A stretch of DNA of 64,000 nt from the NCBI GenBank assembly GCA_050250895.1, contig JBFWNU010000003.1:224001-288000 (forward strand), written 5' to 3'. Both the position numbers and the translations under genes were made by a program. Below, in pieces: positions 52,814-63,187 of this stretch. Source of the stretch: Vulcanimicrobiota bacterium. Its GTDB lineage: Bacteria > Vulcanimicrobiota > Xenobia > Xenobiales > JADMJV01. How positions within the stretch are numbered: the stretch's first letter is position 1; every line of letters starts with the position of its first letter. The notes beneath the pieces are model-generated. The model ran no database searches. It had not been told where the DNA came from and saw only the letters and a program-made list of their open reading frames with translations.

Positions 52814-55597
52814 GTGACGGTGGTCCGAGTCCAGGCCACCTGGAAGGAGGACCGTTTTTGGTTGTGGCTCCGCGACGCTCCCTCCGGCTATTCTCTGGAA
52901 CAGCTGGTCCCCGGTCTTCCGAATAGTGACGCCCAACCGCTCGAGCTTCGTCTGCCCAACGGGCCGGTGACGGTGAGCGGTTGGCCGTTCGAGGTGGGAC
53001 CAATGGTGGCTCCCCTGGCTCGCCTGCCGGTCGACTGCCCCGCCGGTAGTGACCTGAGAGTGTTCAGCCTGGCCGCGCGCTGGTTGTTGGCCTTGCTGGT
53101 GCGTCAACGCTGGCTGCCGTCGGTGCAAGACGGTCAGACCTTCTTTCGCCCCTCCTTTGACGACATGAAAGACCAGGCTCGCCTGCAACAACTCGAGCAA
53201 CTGTTGCCCCCGTCGGCCCGAGCGGCCCAACCCGAACTCTCGCCGCGACAGGTGCTCGAGCGCTTTGCCGAGGTGGGCGTCCACCAGTTGCTGAGCGATT
53301 GGCTGGGCGAAGGCCGGGTCCGGCTGCCGGCCAACCGGCTCAAGTCGCTGCCGGAGGACTACGCTAGCTGGTTGACGGATCTGGCCCAGGGCCACATCCA
53401 GGAGCTGGCACCAACCCTCGAGCGAGAGCTGGCCCGTTGGCAGATGCCTCTGGCTCCTGAACTGGCCACCACTCGTCTGGCCTTTGCCCTGGTACCGCCA
53501 GACCAGGGCGGCTGGCGCTTGGAAATCAGGTTGGAGAGCCGGCTCGGACCCGGTCTATCAGCCGGAGTGGAGGATATCTGGGACAGGCCTCACGAGTTGC
53601 CTCAAGAGTTACGCCTCGACCCACGAGGACCCATGGTGGCTCTGCTGGTGGATCTGGGTCGGGCCATTCGCGTCTTTCCCGAGCTGGGACCGGCTATGGC
53701 CGGTCCTCGTCCCGAGGCGCTCGAGCTTGACCACCAGGAGGTCTACCAGTTCTTGCGCTCGACCGCCTGGCTGTTAGAAGAGATGGGCTTCGGGGTGGGG
53801 ATGCCCTCGAGTCTGCGCCAATTTCAGCCCCTGTCGATGCACTTGAGCGTGAAGGAATCCGCCCAGGGCGGCAAAGGTCTCGACATTCTGGTTGATTACG
53901 ACTGGCAGGTTCGCCTGGGGGAACAGCCGCTCAACGAGGCCGAGCTGCGTCAGCTGGCCGGAGCCACTTTGCCCCTGGTGTGCCTGCGCGGGCAATGGTA
54001 CCTGCTCGAACCCGATAGTCTGCGCCGGGCCCTGGAGCTATGGAATCGGGGCGGGGCCAGAGGGGCGACTCTGGGTGAGGCCCTGGCCGCCTCGCGCGTA
54101 GGGTTGGCGGTCGACTTTACCTTTGAAGGCGGTCTGGCCGGGCTGTCGGGACGTTTCGCGCTGGAACCCCCGCCCTCGACCCTGCGCGCCCAACTGCGGC
54201 CCTATCAAGAACGAGGTTACTCCTGGCTGGTGTTCCTACGCGAGCGCGGGCTGGGGGCCTGCCTGGCCGACGATATGGGCCTGGGTAAGACAGTGCAGTT
54301 GATCGCGTTGCTCTTGCGCGAGCGTGAGCAACATCCCGGATTGGGACCCACCCTGCTGGTATGTCCCACTTCGATCGTGGGCAACTGGTGTAAGGAACTC
54401 GAGCGCTTTGGTCCAGAGCTGCAGGTGATGGTCCACCACGGGCCGGGGCGGCCGAAGAGTCTCGAGCCAGCCGGAGTGGACCTGGTGGTGACGACCTATG
54501 GTTTGGTTCACCGTGATCGCCAGGTGCTGGCCCGGGTCAAGTGGCGGGGCCTGGTGCTTGACGAAGCCCAGAATGTCAAGAATCCGGCCTCTCTGCAAGC
54601 GAAAGCAGTGCGCGCCATGACGGCTGGGTTTCGAGTCGCCATGACAGGCACGCCGGTGGAGAACCGGTTGGCCGACCTGTGGGCCCTGATGGACTTTCTT
54701 CAGCCTCGCTTGCTGGGCACCCGGCGGGGCTTTCAGAAACAGTTCGCCGTGCCGATCGAACGCTACGGCGATGAAGCCTGCCGCGAGGGGCTCAAGAATC
54801 TGGTTGGACCGTTCTTGCTGCGCCGCAAGAAGACCGATCCCGATATCGCGCCCGACCTGCCCGACAAGGTGGAGTACAACCTCTACTGCCGGCTCACCGG
54901 CGAACAGTCGACCCTTTACGAGCAAGCCGCCGAGCAGTTGCTCGAAGAGGTCAGCCTGGCCGAAGGCATCACCCGCAAGGGTCTGGTGCTCAAGCTTTTG
55001 ACCCGGCTCAAGCAACTCTGCAACCATCCCGGCCTCTATCTGGGCGGACTCGACCCCATGGCAGGCCGCTCAGGCAAACTCGAGCGGCTCGAGGAGATGC
55101 TCGAGGAGGTGGTGGCCTGCGGCGACGCGGCCCTGGTGTTCACCCAGTTTGCCGGTTTCGCGCAACGGCTGGCCGGGCATCTGAGTGGCCGTCTCGACCG
55201 CGAAGTGCTCTGTCTGCACGGCGGCCTCTCGCGAGTTGCCCGCGACCGGGTGGTGCATCGCTTTAGCCTGAGCTACGGACCGCCGGTGATGGTCATCTCG
55301 GTGCGAGCCGGTGGCGTGGGCCTCAACCTCACCCGGGCAAGTCGCGTGTTTCACTTTGACCGCTGGTGGAACCCGGCCGTCGAAGCTCAGGCCACCGATC
55401 GCGCGTTTCGTATCGGCCAGACCCGCAAGGTCGAGGTCTATAAGTTCATCTGTAGCGGCACTCTCGAAGAGCGCATCGACCTGATGCTGGCCCACAAAGC
55501 CCGACTGGCCGAGACGGTGGTGGGCAGCGGTGAGGACTGGCTGACCAGCCTGGACGACGAAAGTCTGGGAGCACTGCTCCGGTTGGAGCGGCGATGA
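52814..55597 (+). CDS. SNF2-family helicase/ATPase
   Basis: LRPYQ, LADDMGLGKT, DEAQ, TGTPVEN, GGVGLNL, QATDRAFRIGQ. Confidence 0.95.
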   Translation: MTVVRVQATWKEDRFWLWLRDAPSGYSLEQLVPGLPNSDAQPLELRLPNGPVTVSGWPFEVGPMVAPLARLPVDCPAGSDLRVFSLAARWLLALLVRQRWLPSVQDGQTFFRPSFDDMKDQARLQQLEQLLPPSARAAQPELSPRQVLERFAEVGVHQLLSDWLGEGRVRLPANRLKSLPEDYASWLTDLAQGHIQELAPTLERELARWQMPLAPELATTRLAFALVPPDQGGWRLEIRLESRLGPGLSAGVEDIWDRPHELPQELRLDPRGPMVALLVDLGRAIRVFPELGPAMAGPRPEALELDHQEVYQFLRSTAWLLEEMGFGVGMPSSLRQFQPLSMHLSVKESAQGGKGLDILVDYDWQVRLGEQPLNEAELRQLAGATLPLVCLRGQWYLLEPDSLRRALELWNRGGARGATLGEALAASRVGLAVDFTFEGGLAGLSGRFALEPPPSTLRAQLRPYQERGYSWLVFLRERGLGACLADDMGLGKTVQLIALLLREREQHPGLGPTLLVCPTSIVGNWCKELERFGPELQVMVHHGPGRPKSLEPAGVDLVVTTYGLVHRDRQVLARVKWRGLVLDEAQNVKNPASLQAKAVRAMTAGFRVAMTGTPVENRLADLWALMDFLQPRLLGTRRGFQKQFAVPIERYGDEACREGLKNLVGPFLLRRKKTDPDIAPDLPDKVEYNLYCRLTGEQSTLYEQAAEQLLEEVSLAEGITRKGLVLKLLTRLKQLCNHPGLYLGGLDPMAGRSGKLERLEEMLEEVVACGDAALVFTQFAGFAQRLAGHLSGRLDREVLCLHGGLSRVARDRVVHRFSLSYGPPVMVISVRAGGVGLNLTRASRVFHFDRWWNPAVEAQATDRAFRIGQTRKVEVYKFICSGTLEERIDLMLAHKARLAETVVGSGEDWLTSLDDESLGALLRLERR

Positions 55598-56343
55598 GGT
55601 TCGGCTCGACCTGGTGGTCGCGACGCTGGCTGCGCTCTCTAGAGGGCAGCGTATGGTCCACCCGTCTGCCCGCCGACTCGGGACAGGTGGTTGCCATCGA
55701 GATTCACCAGGGAGTGGTCCAGGCCGAAGTGCTCGACGGCGAGCAATATCATGTTCGCTTCGAACTCGAGCCGCTCGGGCAGGCCGATTGGCAAGAGGTC
55801 CTCGATGTCATTGCTGGTCGCGTCTCGATGGCGGCGAGTTTGCTGAACCGGCGCATGCCGGCCGATGTCGAAGAGGCCTTCTCGGTGTGTGGACGCTCGC
55901 TTCTGCCGACTTCAGCCCACGATCTCGAAGCGCGTTGCAGCTGCGAAGACACCAGGACTCCCTGCCGCCACGCGGCGGCCGTAGCCTACGTCCTGGCCGA
56001 AGCGCTTGACCACACTCCGCTCTTGATGTTTAGTTTGCGGGGCCTCGAGCCGGAGCGGGTGATCGAAGCGCTGGTCCGGCGCTGGGGGGGCCAACCCGTG
56101 AGTCTGGAGCCGCCGGTTGCGCCGGCCGCCCCCCCTTTGCCCGAAGACCCCGACGAGTTCTGGGGCGAGGGTCGGCCGGTCGAACTGGAGGTCGGCCTCA
56201 AGGCCCCCCGGCTGGCGTTGGCACTGGTGCGGCGCCTGGGCGTTCCCTATCGACGTATCGATGAGCAAGACTGGGAGGCTTTGCTGGGCAAGATCTATGA
56301 CGAAGTGGCCCGAGTGGCCCGCAAGACCGCCCTCGAGCCCTAG
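55594..56343 (+). CDS. SWIM zinc-finger protein (SNF2 partner)
   Basis: CSC...PCRH; ATGA overlap with SNF2. Confidence 0.9.
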   Translation: MRFGSTWWSRRWLRSLEGSVWSTRLPADSGQVVAIEIHQGVVQAEVLDGEQYHVRFELEPLGQADWQEVLDVIAGRVSMAASLLNRRMPADVEEAFSVCGRSLLPTSAHDLEARCSCEDTRTPCRHAAAVAYVLAEALDHTPLLMFSLRGLEPERVIEALVRRWGGQPVSLEPPVAPAAPPLPEDPDEFWGEGRPVELEVGLKAPRLALALVRRLGVPYRRIDEQDWEALLGKIYDEVARVARKTALEP

Positions 56344-56354
56344 CCGCGCCGCGC

Positions 56355-56663
56355 CGTCGCTCCCTTCGGCGCTTCGCGCCGCGCCGCTGGGCCGACTTTA
56401 GATGAGCGTCGGCCCGGGCGCGGCTTGACGGGATCGACGAGAACGCAAGATCAGAGGGCGGGGCTGGAGTGGGAGGCGACGTTCTCGTCGCTCCCTTCGG
56501 CGCTTCGCGCCGCGCCGCTGGGCCGACTTTAGATGAGCGTCGGCCCGGGCGCGGCTTGACGGGATCGACGAGAACGCAAGATCAGAGGGCGGGGCTGGAG
56601 TGGGAGGCGACGTTCTCGTCGCTCCCTTCGGCGCTTCGCGCCGCGCCGCTGGGCCGACTTTAG
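56355..56663. repeat. 131-bp direct tandem repeat (~2.4 copies) with internal hairpins
   Basis: CGTCGCTCCCTTCGGCGCTTCGCGCC... starts at 56355, 56486 and 56617. Confidence 0.9.
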
Positions 56664-56718
56664 CAAATCTTAAGAAAGGGTCGAGGCAAACTTCAGCTTG
56701 GTGACTTAGTCTGGTTGC

Positions 56719-57651
56719 ATGAAGAAGGCGTCGATCTCGAAAGTCCTGCTTCTGCAGGCCTCGCTGATGTGCTCGATCCTGGCCATCCTTCTGGTGGCCG
56801 CCCTATCTCACCTGGACCTGGGCCCGGGGCCGCTCTTGTTGTCGGCCCTGGTTTGCATTACCGCGATCTTGATGCTCGAACCGGCCCGAGAGCGGCGGCG
56901 GGTGGCCAGCGGCGGCCTTCCTCGCGCTCTCGAGCACGGCTGGCTGCCGCCTGAGGAAGTCAACCGCTTGCGTTACTCCGGCGACGGCTTCGAAGTCTAC
57001 GGCCAGATCATGAGTGGTGGGCGCCAACCGTCGGACTTTTGCGAAGTGTTCGACCAGGACCGAAGTCACCTGGGTCTGGCCCTGGGCAAGGTCGGTGGCC
57101 AGGGCCTGCCGGCCGCTCTCTTTCGTTCCCGCTGTCGCACGCTCTTGGCCGGCACCCTGGGCTGCGGAGATTCGCCCGCCAGCACCGTGGCGGCGCTCAA
57201 TCAGGAGCTGTTTCGTCAGGACGGCCAGAACTTTGCCTCACTCGAATGCGCCAGCTTCGAGCCTTGCACCGGCACCCTCGAGGTTGTCAGTGCCGCTCAT
57301 CCGGCGGCTTTGCTGCTGCGCGACGGGCGGTTGACCGGCCTGGCCACCGGTAACAGCTTGCCGGTCGGCCTGACCGACGATGGAAGATGGCGCAGCCACC
57401 GCTACCAGCTACGCCCCGGGGACCAGGTTATCTTTTTCAGCGACGGCGCCCTCGAGGCCCAGAACTCGAACCGCGAAAGCTTCGGCCTGCGCCGGCTGAG
57501 CAGGGTGCTCGCCCAGGGACTACGCCCGCGCGAATTGCCCGCGCGCGTGCGACGGGCCGTGCTCGATTTCGCCCACGGCCAGACCGACGATATCACGGTC
57601 CTCATTCTGAAGGTGACCCAGACCTCTCAAAGAATGCAGAAGACGGCTTGA
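56719..57651 (+). CDS. membrane SpoIIE/RsbU-like PP2C phosphatase domain protein
   Basis: Two TM helices; SAAHP, LRPGDQVIFFSDG, DDIT. Confidence 0.85.
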   Translation: MKKASISKVLLLQASLMCSILAILLVAALSHLDLGPGPLLLSALVCITAILMLEPARERRRVASGGLPRALEHGWLPPEEVNRLRYSGDGFEVYGQIMSGGRQPSDFCEVFDQDRSHLGLALGKVGGQGLPAALFRSRCRTLLAGTLGCGDSPASTVAALNQELFRQDGQNFASLECASFEPCTGTLEVVSAAHPAALLLRDGRLTGLATGNSLPVGLTDDGRWRSHRYQLRPGDQVIFFSDGALEAQNSNRESFGLRRLSRVLAQGLRPRELPARVRRAVLDFAHGQTDDITVLILKVTQTSQRMQKTA

Positions 57652-58331
57652 GCACCGACAGCAAGACAAAGATCCTGGTGGTCGACGACGAGACGTCGAT
57701 CATCGATTATTTACGGCTGGGCTTCAAGTATGAGGGCTATGACGTTGCCAGCGCTCTCAATGGCCAGGACGCTCTTGAATTGGTGCGCTCGGACGCGCCC
57801 GATCTGGTCGTACTGGATCGCATGTTGCCTGATCTCGACGGACTGACCGTGTGCCAGCGCATCCGCACTTTTACGGATATTCCCATCTTGATGCTCTCTG
57901 CCCGGGGCGAGGTAGAAGACCGGGTCGAAGGCCTGCAGAAGGGGGCCGACGACTACCTTCCCAAGCCGTTCGAGTTCGAAGAACTGCTGGCCCGCGTCCA
58001 GGCCCTTTTGCGGCGCAGCGGGCGGGTTTCCGACTCCAGGCAACTGACCTATGGCTCCCTCGAGCTCGATCCACGAGCCCGGCGTTTGCGAAGCCAGGGT
58101 GAGACGATCGAACTGACGGCGCGCGAGTTCGAGATCCTCGAGTTGCTGATGAGCCACCAGGGCCAGGTGATGACCCGCGAGCAGCTGATCACCCGCTTGT
58201 GGGGCTTTGACTTCGAAGGCAACACCAGTGTGGTCGAGGTTCACATTAGCGCCCTGCGCTCCAAGCTCGGCGACGACCACAAAGAGATCATTCGCACGGT
58301 GCGAGGAGTGGGCTATGTACTCGGCGGGTAG
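57648..58331 (+). CDS. OmpR-family response regulator
   Basis: ILVVDDE, LDRMLP, GADDYLPKPF, TVRGVGY; TTG start overlapping the upstream stop. Confidence 0.95.
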   Translation: MSTDSKTKILVVDDETSIIDYLRLGFKYEGYDVASALNGQDALELVRSDAPDLVVLDRMLPDLDGLTVCQRIRTFTDIPILMLSARGEVEDRVEGLQKGADDYLPKPFEFEELLARVQALLRRSGRVSDSRQLTYGSLELDPRARRLRSQGETIELTAREFEILELLMSHQGQVMTREQLITRLWGFDFEGNTSVVEVHISALRSKLGDDHKEIIRTVRGVGYVLGG

Positions 58332-59760
58332 GCCCCCTCTGCGCAAGATTCTGTCTTTAAGCCACAGTCTGATGCTATTTTTGTGTTTGGTGATGGTCAG
58401 TTGCGGGGTCTATTTCATGGTCACCGCCTATCTGTTTCGGGCCGGCGAGTTTCGCTTGATTAGTTCGGTGGTGGAAGGACTTCATGAGCTATTCCCCGAG
58501 CATCGCAGCCACCGTCGCTTCTTCACTCCCGATCACAACAGTAGCCCGCGCGAAGAGAAGAAGCCCCGCCGCTTCGAACGCCCCACCACGCTCATCTATC
58601 CCGAGGGTCTTGAAGGACGAGGCCAGCAACTAGTGGATCGCATTTCCACTCCGGGCACCTGGGCCATGCTGTACTCTAGCCGGGGGGAGCTTTTGGCCAA
58701 GCACGTGAGCCGTCGCTTCGGCCCGCGCTTTGAAAAATTGCCCGACGAACCGGCCTTCGAGAGTTTCCTCGTCAGCGAGGGAGACCGCGAGTGGCAGGCG
58801 GTGTTGATTCCCCTAGAGAGCGATGCCGGTCGGGCTACCCTGGTCGTTGGCGCGGTCTGGAATCCGTCTCGCGACCTGTTGCGGGCCCTGGCCACCTACC
58901 AGGCCCTGGTGGGGGTCTTCATCCTGATCGTGGTGCTGATTTTTAGTCGCGTTCTGGCGGCTCGCCTGGCTCGGCCGGTGGAAGAACTCTCGAATTTCGC
59001 CAATCGGGTGGCGGCCGGCGACTTTACGGTCCGGGCCCCGGCTGGATGTGGTGACTCCGAGCTGGATCGATTGGCCCGTACCTTCAACAGCATGGTGCGT
59101 CGCCTCGACGAGTCTTTCTCGGCCCAGCAGCGGTTTGTGGCCGACGCCTCTCACGAGTTGAAAACGCCGCTGACCTCGATTCGCGGGATGGCCGAGATGT
59201 TGCGGCGAGGTGCCGCCGATGATCCCACCGATCGCGAATTGGCCCTGGCTACCATCGAGCGCGAGGTCGTCCGCATGAGTTTGTTGGTCAGCGACCTGTT
59301 GGCTCTGTCCAAGGCCGAGCACCTGCCCATGCAGGACGCTCAACCCGTCGACCTGGCGGCTCTGCTGCAAGAATTCGCCGGCGAGGCTCGGCTGGATTGC
59401 CCGGCCGGCCTGATGGCCCGGGCGCACCCCGAGCCGCTGCGGCGAGTGGTCCGCAATCTGGTGGACAACGCTCACAAGTATTCGCCTGAAGAGGGCAGTG
59501 TGAGCATTCAGGTCCGCAATGTGCCGGAGGGAGTCGAGATTCGGGTCGAGGACACCGGCATCGGTATCGAGCCTGACGATCTCGAGCGTGTCTTCGACCG
59601 TTTCTATCGAACTGACCCGGCCCGGGCCCGCGATACCGGCGGCACTGGCCTGGGGTTGTCGATCGTGGCCGCTCTGGTCGAGCGGATGGGCGGCCGGGTC
59701 TGGCTCGAGAGCGAGAGAGGTGTGGGCACTCGGGCCATGGTGGTTCTGCCAGGCCCCTAG
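58315..59760 (+). CDS. HAMP sensor histidine kinase
   Basis: Two TMs, ASHELKTPL, NLVDNAHKY, GGTGLGL. Confidence 0.93.
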   Translation: MYSAGRPPLRKILSLSHSLMLFLCLVMVSCGVYFMVTAYLFRAGEFRLISSVVEGLHELFPEHRSHRRFFTPDHNSSPREEKKPRRFERPTTLIYPEGLEGRGQQLVDRISTPGTWAMLYSSRGELLAKHVSRRFGPRFEKLPDEPAFESFLVSEGDREWQAVLIPLESDAGRATLVVGAVWNPSRDLLRALATYQALVGVFILIVVLIFSRVLAARLARPVEELSNFANRVAAGDFTVRAPAGCGDSELDRLARTFNSMVRRLDESFSAQQRFVADASHELKTPLTSIRGMAEMLRRGAADDPTDRELALATIEREVVRMSLLVSDLLALSKAEHLPMQDAQPVDLAALLQEFAGEARLDCPAGLMARAHPEPLRRVVRNLVDNAHKYSPEEGSVSIQVRNVPEGVEIRVEDTGIGIEPDDLERVFDRFYRTDPARARDTGGTGLGLSIVAALVERMGGRVWLESERGVGTRAMVVLPGP

Positions 59761-59867
59761 GGTCCTATCCGTTGGGACCCCCCAGCCGGGGTCCCACGGA
59801 TGTCGGATGGTCGGTGGCGGGCCGTTACTCTAAGAGCAGCAATCTTTCTCTAAGGAGTTCATCCGCC

Positions 59868-60632
59868 ATGACGGAACAACATCACCACTACCACGAGCGT
59901 CCCACCCGAGCCGAGGTGGAACTCAAACCGACTCCTCCCCGCGGGGACTCGACCCCCTGGATTATCGGCCTCACCTTGTTCGCCCTGTTGATTTTCGGCG
60001 GGCTGATCTGGGCCACCAGCAGCGACCACGACCGAGACACCCATGTGGCGGTGACCTCGGAACAGCCGGTCGCTGACCAGGACCCCGAGACCTTCGTGCG
60101 CGAGTCGTCGCTGGTCATCACCGACCTTCGCTCGGACGTGGACACTCTGGCCCGCTCGACTTCGGCTGAGAATCAGGCCGCCATCGCGGCTTATCGCCAG
60201 CGTCTCGACCAGCTCGAAGCCGAGCTGCAACAGGCCCGTCAAGAATCGCCGGAAGCTCGCGCCGAGCTGCAGGCTCAGGTCGACAGCCTGAAAGCTGATT
60301 ATGGCCAGCTAGAAGAGAAGGTGGGCGAGTCTGAAGCCACCGCCCAGCAGGCCGAACAGACCAGTGAGCTGACCGCTTACGCCGAGCAAGCTGAAGAGCG
60401 CGTCGAAGACCTCGAGCGTCGCCTCGACGAACTAGAGGATCGCGCCCCGGCCGATAGCGTTGCCACCGAGCTTGAGCTGATGAGCCAGCGCATCGACGAG
60501 GTCTCTGACAAGGTGGACGAGATGCAGGCCGCCGACGATTCACAGGCGCGTCAGCAACTCAAGTCCGAGATCGACCTTGCTCTCAACAATCTTGAACGAG
60601 AGCTGACCGATTTGGCCACTCAGGTCGGCTAA
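59868..60632 (+). CDS. single-TM acidic coiled-coil protein
   Basis: AAGGAG RBS; TM WIIGLTLFALLIFGGLIW; coiled coil. Confidence 0.75.
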   Translation: MTEQHHHYHERPTRAEVELKPTPPRGDSTPWIIGLTLFALLIFGGLIWATSSDHDRDTHVAVTSEQPVADQDPETFVRESSLVITDLRSDVDTLARSTSAENQAAIAAYRQRLDQLEAELQQARQESPEARAELQAQVDSLKADYGQLEEKVGESEATAQQAEQTSELTAYAEQAEERVEDLERRLDELEDRAPADSVATELELMSQRIDEVSDKVDEMQAADDSQARQQLKSEIDLALNNLERELTDLATQVG

Positions 60633-60669
60633 CCGGCCGCTTGCAGCCAGACGAGATCATCGACTCCAG

Positions 60670-60699
60670 CACCCCCGCTCCGGCGGGGGTGTCTTGCTT
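60670..60699 (+). terminator. possible terminator hairpin
   Basis: CACCCCCGC-TCCG-GCGGGGGTG with a weak U-tract. Confidence 0.5.
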
Positions 60700-60807
60700 G
60701 GCGGGCCGGGCCGATCGGATAGGGGGACTGGATGCCGGGGCATCTATCTGGCCCTCACCACGCCGGGCTACCATCGTTTCATAACCTTTAAGAAAAGAGG
60801 GATCTTT

Positions 60808-62220
60808 ATGCTTGCCAAGCTGAAAAAGAACATCCGAAAAAATATGAAGCGGGCCGCCGTGGTCGGCACGGCTCTGGCCGTCACGGCCACTGCCGGCCTG
60901 GCTCAGTCTCGCATCGAGACCGAACTCAATGGGCGCACCCTCCACTTTGACCAGTCGCCCATCATGCAAGACGGCCGCGTGATGGTTCCCCTGCGCGGTA
61001 TCTTCGAAAGCCTGGGTGCCGATGTGCTCTATCAGCCGGCCCAGCGGACCATCAAAGCCACCGGCAACGGCAACACCGTCGAGTTGACGCTGGGCAGCCA
61101 ACGAGCCTCAATCAACGGCCGTTCGGTTTATCTCGACGTTCCCGCCGATACCATCTCGGGACGCACCATGGTGCCGTTGCGTTTCGTCTCGGAAGCCATG
61201 GGAGCCGACGTTCGCTGGCTGCCGGCCACTCGCACCGTGGCCATCGAGCAGTCCGAGGCTCCGGTCGCCAACGAGCCCCAGCCTCAACAGCCACCGGCTC
61301 AGGCCGACCTCGACATCGACAGCCTGATTCACAACGCCCGCGGGACCCTGCGCCAGGGTGACCGGCTGACCGTGACCATGACCGGTGATTCCGGCGGTCA
61401 GGCCAGCTTCGACATTCTGGGAGTGCTCAACAACGTGCCTATGCGCGAGGTCAGCTCGGGTCGCTATCAGGGTGAAGTGACCATCGGGCCCGGTATGGTG
61501 GTCGAGCGGGGAACACTGGTGGCCCACTTGACTCGCAACGGTCAGCAGGCCGTGATGGAGGCCGACCGGGCCGTCACCATCGCCTCGACCGGAACGCTCA
61601 ATCCACCCACCCAGGGCAACGTGACCATGACGCCGTCCTACGGCTCGACCATTAGCGTGGCTCGTCCGACCATCCGGGCTCAGTTCGATCGTCAGGTTCG
61701 CCCCGAGACGATCCAGATGACCGTTGATGGCCGGGACGTCACCAATCTGGCCTCCAAGACCTCGAACTGGATCAACTTCGTGCCCGGCTACGACCTGCAG
61801 GTAGGCAGCCATCAGGTCGAGGTTCAGGCTACCGACCAGTATGGTCAGTATGTCCATCAGCAGTGGAACTTCTACACCGACAACTACGCCTATAACAACA
61901 CCGGTGTGCCCTCCCTGTCGGTTTCGAACCTCTCCGACGGAACGACCGTGCCCGCCGTGTTCAACATTCAGGGGCAGACATCTCCCTATACCACCGTCAA
62001 GGTGCAGGCCACTTCTCAGCGTGACCTGGTGCCGGGTGTGATCGGCATTCGAGGACGGACCTTCACGGCCAGCACCGTGGCCGACGCTCAGGGTCGCTTC
62101 GACATTCAGCTCGACACCTCGAGCCTGCCCACCAATACCCAGCTTGACCTGACCATCTCGCCGGTTAACAACGCCGGCGTGACCGGTAATCCGGTCGAAC
62201 TGGAACTGACCCGTCGATAG
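60808..62220 (+). CDS. copper amine oxidase N-terminal (stalk) domain secreted protein with Ig-like domains
   Basis: Signal peptide; GRVMVPLRGIFESLGA and GRTMVPLRFVSEAMGA. Confidence 0.88.
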   Translation: MLAKLKKNIRKNMKRAAVVGTALAVTATAGLAQSRIETELNGRTLHFDQSPIMQDGRVMVPLRGIFESLGADVLYQPAQRTIKATGNGNTVELTLGSQRASINGRSVYLDVPADTISGRTMVPLRFVSEAMGADVRWLPATRTVAIEQSEAPVANEPQPQQPPAQADLDIDSLIHNARGTLRQGDRLTVTMTGDSGGQASFDILGVLNNVPMREVSSGRYQGEVTIGPGMVVERGTLVAHLTRNGQQAVMEADRAVTIASTGTLNPPTQGNVTMTPSYGSTISVARPTIRAQFDRQVRPETIQMTVDGRDVTNLASKTSNWINFVPGYDLQVGSHQVEVQATDQYGQYVHQQWNFYTDNYAYNNTGVPSLSVSNLSDGTTVPAVFNIQGQTSPYTTVKVQATSQRDLVPGVIGIRGRTFTASTVADAQGRFDIQLDTSSLPTNTQLDLTISPVNNAGVTGNPVELELTRR

Positions 62221-62230
62221 TTGTCCTCAC

Positions 62231-62266
62231 GGTAGGATGCGGCCTCTCGAGAGGCCGCGTCCTACC
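62231..62266. terminator. long near-perfect hairpin after the gene
   Basis: GGTAGGATGCGGCCTCTC/GAGAGGCCGCGTCCTACC. Confidence 0.55.
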
Positions 62267-62290
62267 CATTCTTTGTGACCGGAGCAAGTC

Positions 62291-63187
62291 ATGAACAAGT
62301 CGACTCTGAACCTTTGGCCCTTTGGACTCATCGCTTGCCTCGCGCTGGGTTTTCTCGACCGAGCCGGGGCGCTCAATCTGACCGAGGCTCAGACCTGTCT
62401 GACCATCGGCCTCATCGCGGTCTTGCCGCTGTGCGGGGACTTCTTCTTGGGTGAACGCGGACAGTCGGCCGGCCGGGCCATCACCCTCGTGATGGCGGCC
62501 GCGCTCCTGGACGTGCTCACCGGTTGGCGCTGGCCCCTGTGGCTGCTGATGGCGGCCCTGTTAATGACCGCCTGGCTGGTAGCCTCGCCCCAGCAAACAG
62601 AGTTGTCCAATCGGCTGGCCGGCCTGCATCTGGCCGTGGTGGCCACCATGCTGCCGCTGCGCGAAGACCCTGTCTGGCTCAGCCAGAGCCTGCTCCACTT
62701 GCTGTTTGGCGTCGGCCTGATGAGCACCGTGGGTTACTGGCGCCAGAGCGTTGTCAGCACTCGCCTGCGCGATTGGACCCTCAGCGGAATGGCCGTTCTC
62801 TCTCTCGGCTTGTGGCTGACCACAGCGGGTGAACTGGCAAGGCAACCGCAGCTCTCAGTGCTAGGCAGCTACGTGGTCGGAATCTATCTCATCTGCTCGC
62901 CTGTGGTCGGATGGGCCATCTCGCGCCAGTCGTCGGGCGTCCTGGCCTTGCCGTTGCTGGCCGCAGCCACGCTCTCCTCGGCCTTTTTCGGAGTGCTCAT
63001 CGTGTTGGCTCTGATGCATCACGATGCGCCCGTGCTGCAGTGCCTCGAAGCGTGGCTACCCTTCTTTGTGCCCGGTCTGCTGGCCGGCTTGAGCAGCGAG
63101 TTCGAGCGCAATCCTCTGGTCTTCGACGACGATTTCGGCGGCTCAGGAGTCAGCTTTCAAGAGGGTCTGCACCCGGTCGGCCAGTAG
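62291..63187 (+). CDS. polytopic membrane protein of unknown function
   Basis: GGAG RBS; many hydrophobic helices. Confidence 0.7.
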   Translation: MNKSTLNLWPFGLIACLALGFLDRAGALNLTEAQTCLTIGLIAVLPLCGDFFLGERGQSAGRAITLVMAAALLDVLTGWRWPLWLLMAALLMTAWLVASPQQTELSNRLAGLHLAVVATMLPLREDPVWLSQSLLHLLFGVGLMSTVGYWRQSVVSTRLRDWTLSGMAVLSLGLWLTTAGELARQPQLSVLGSYVVGIYLICSPVVGWAISRQSSGVLALPLLAAATLSSAFFGVLIVLALMHHDAPVLQCLEAWLPFFVPGLLAGLSSEFERNPLVFDDDFGGSGVSFQEGLHPVGQ

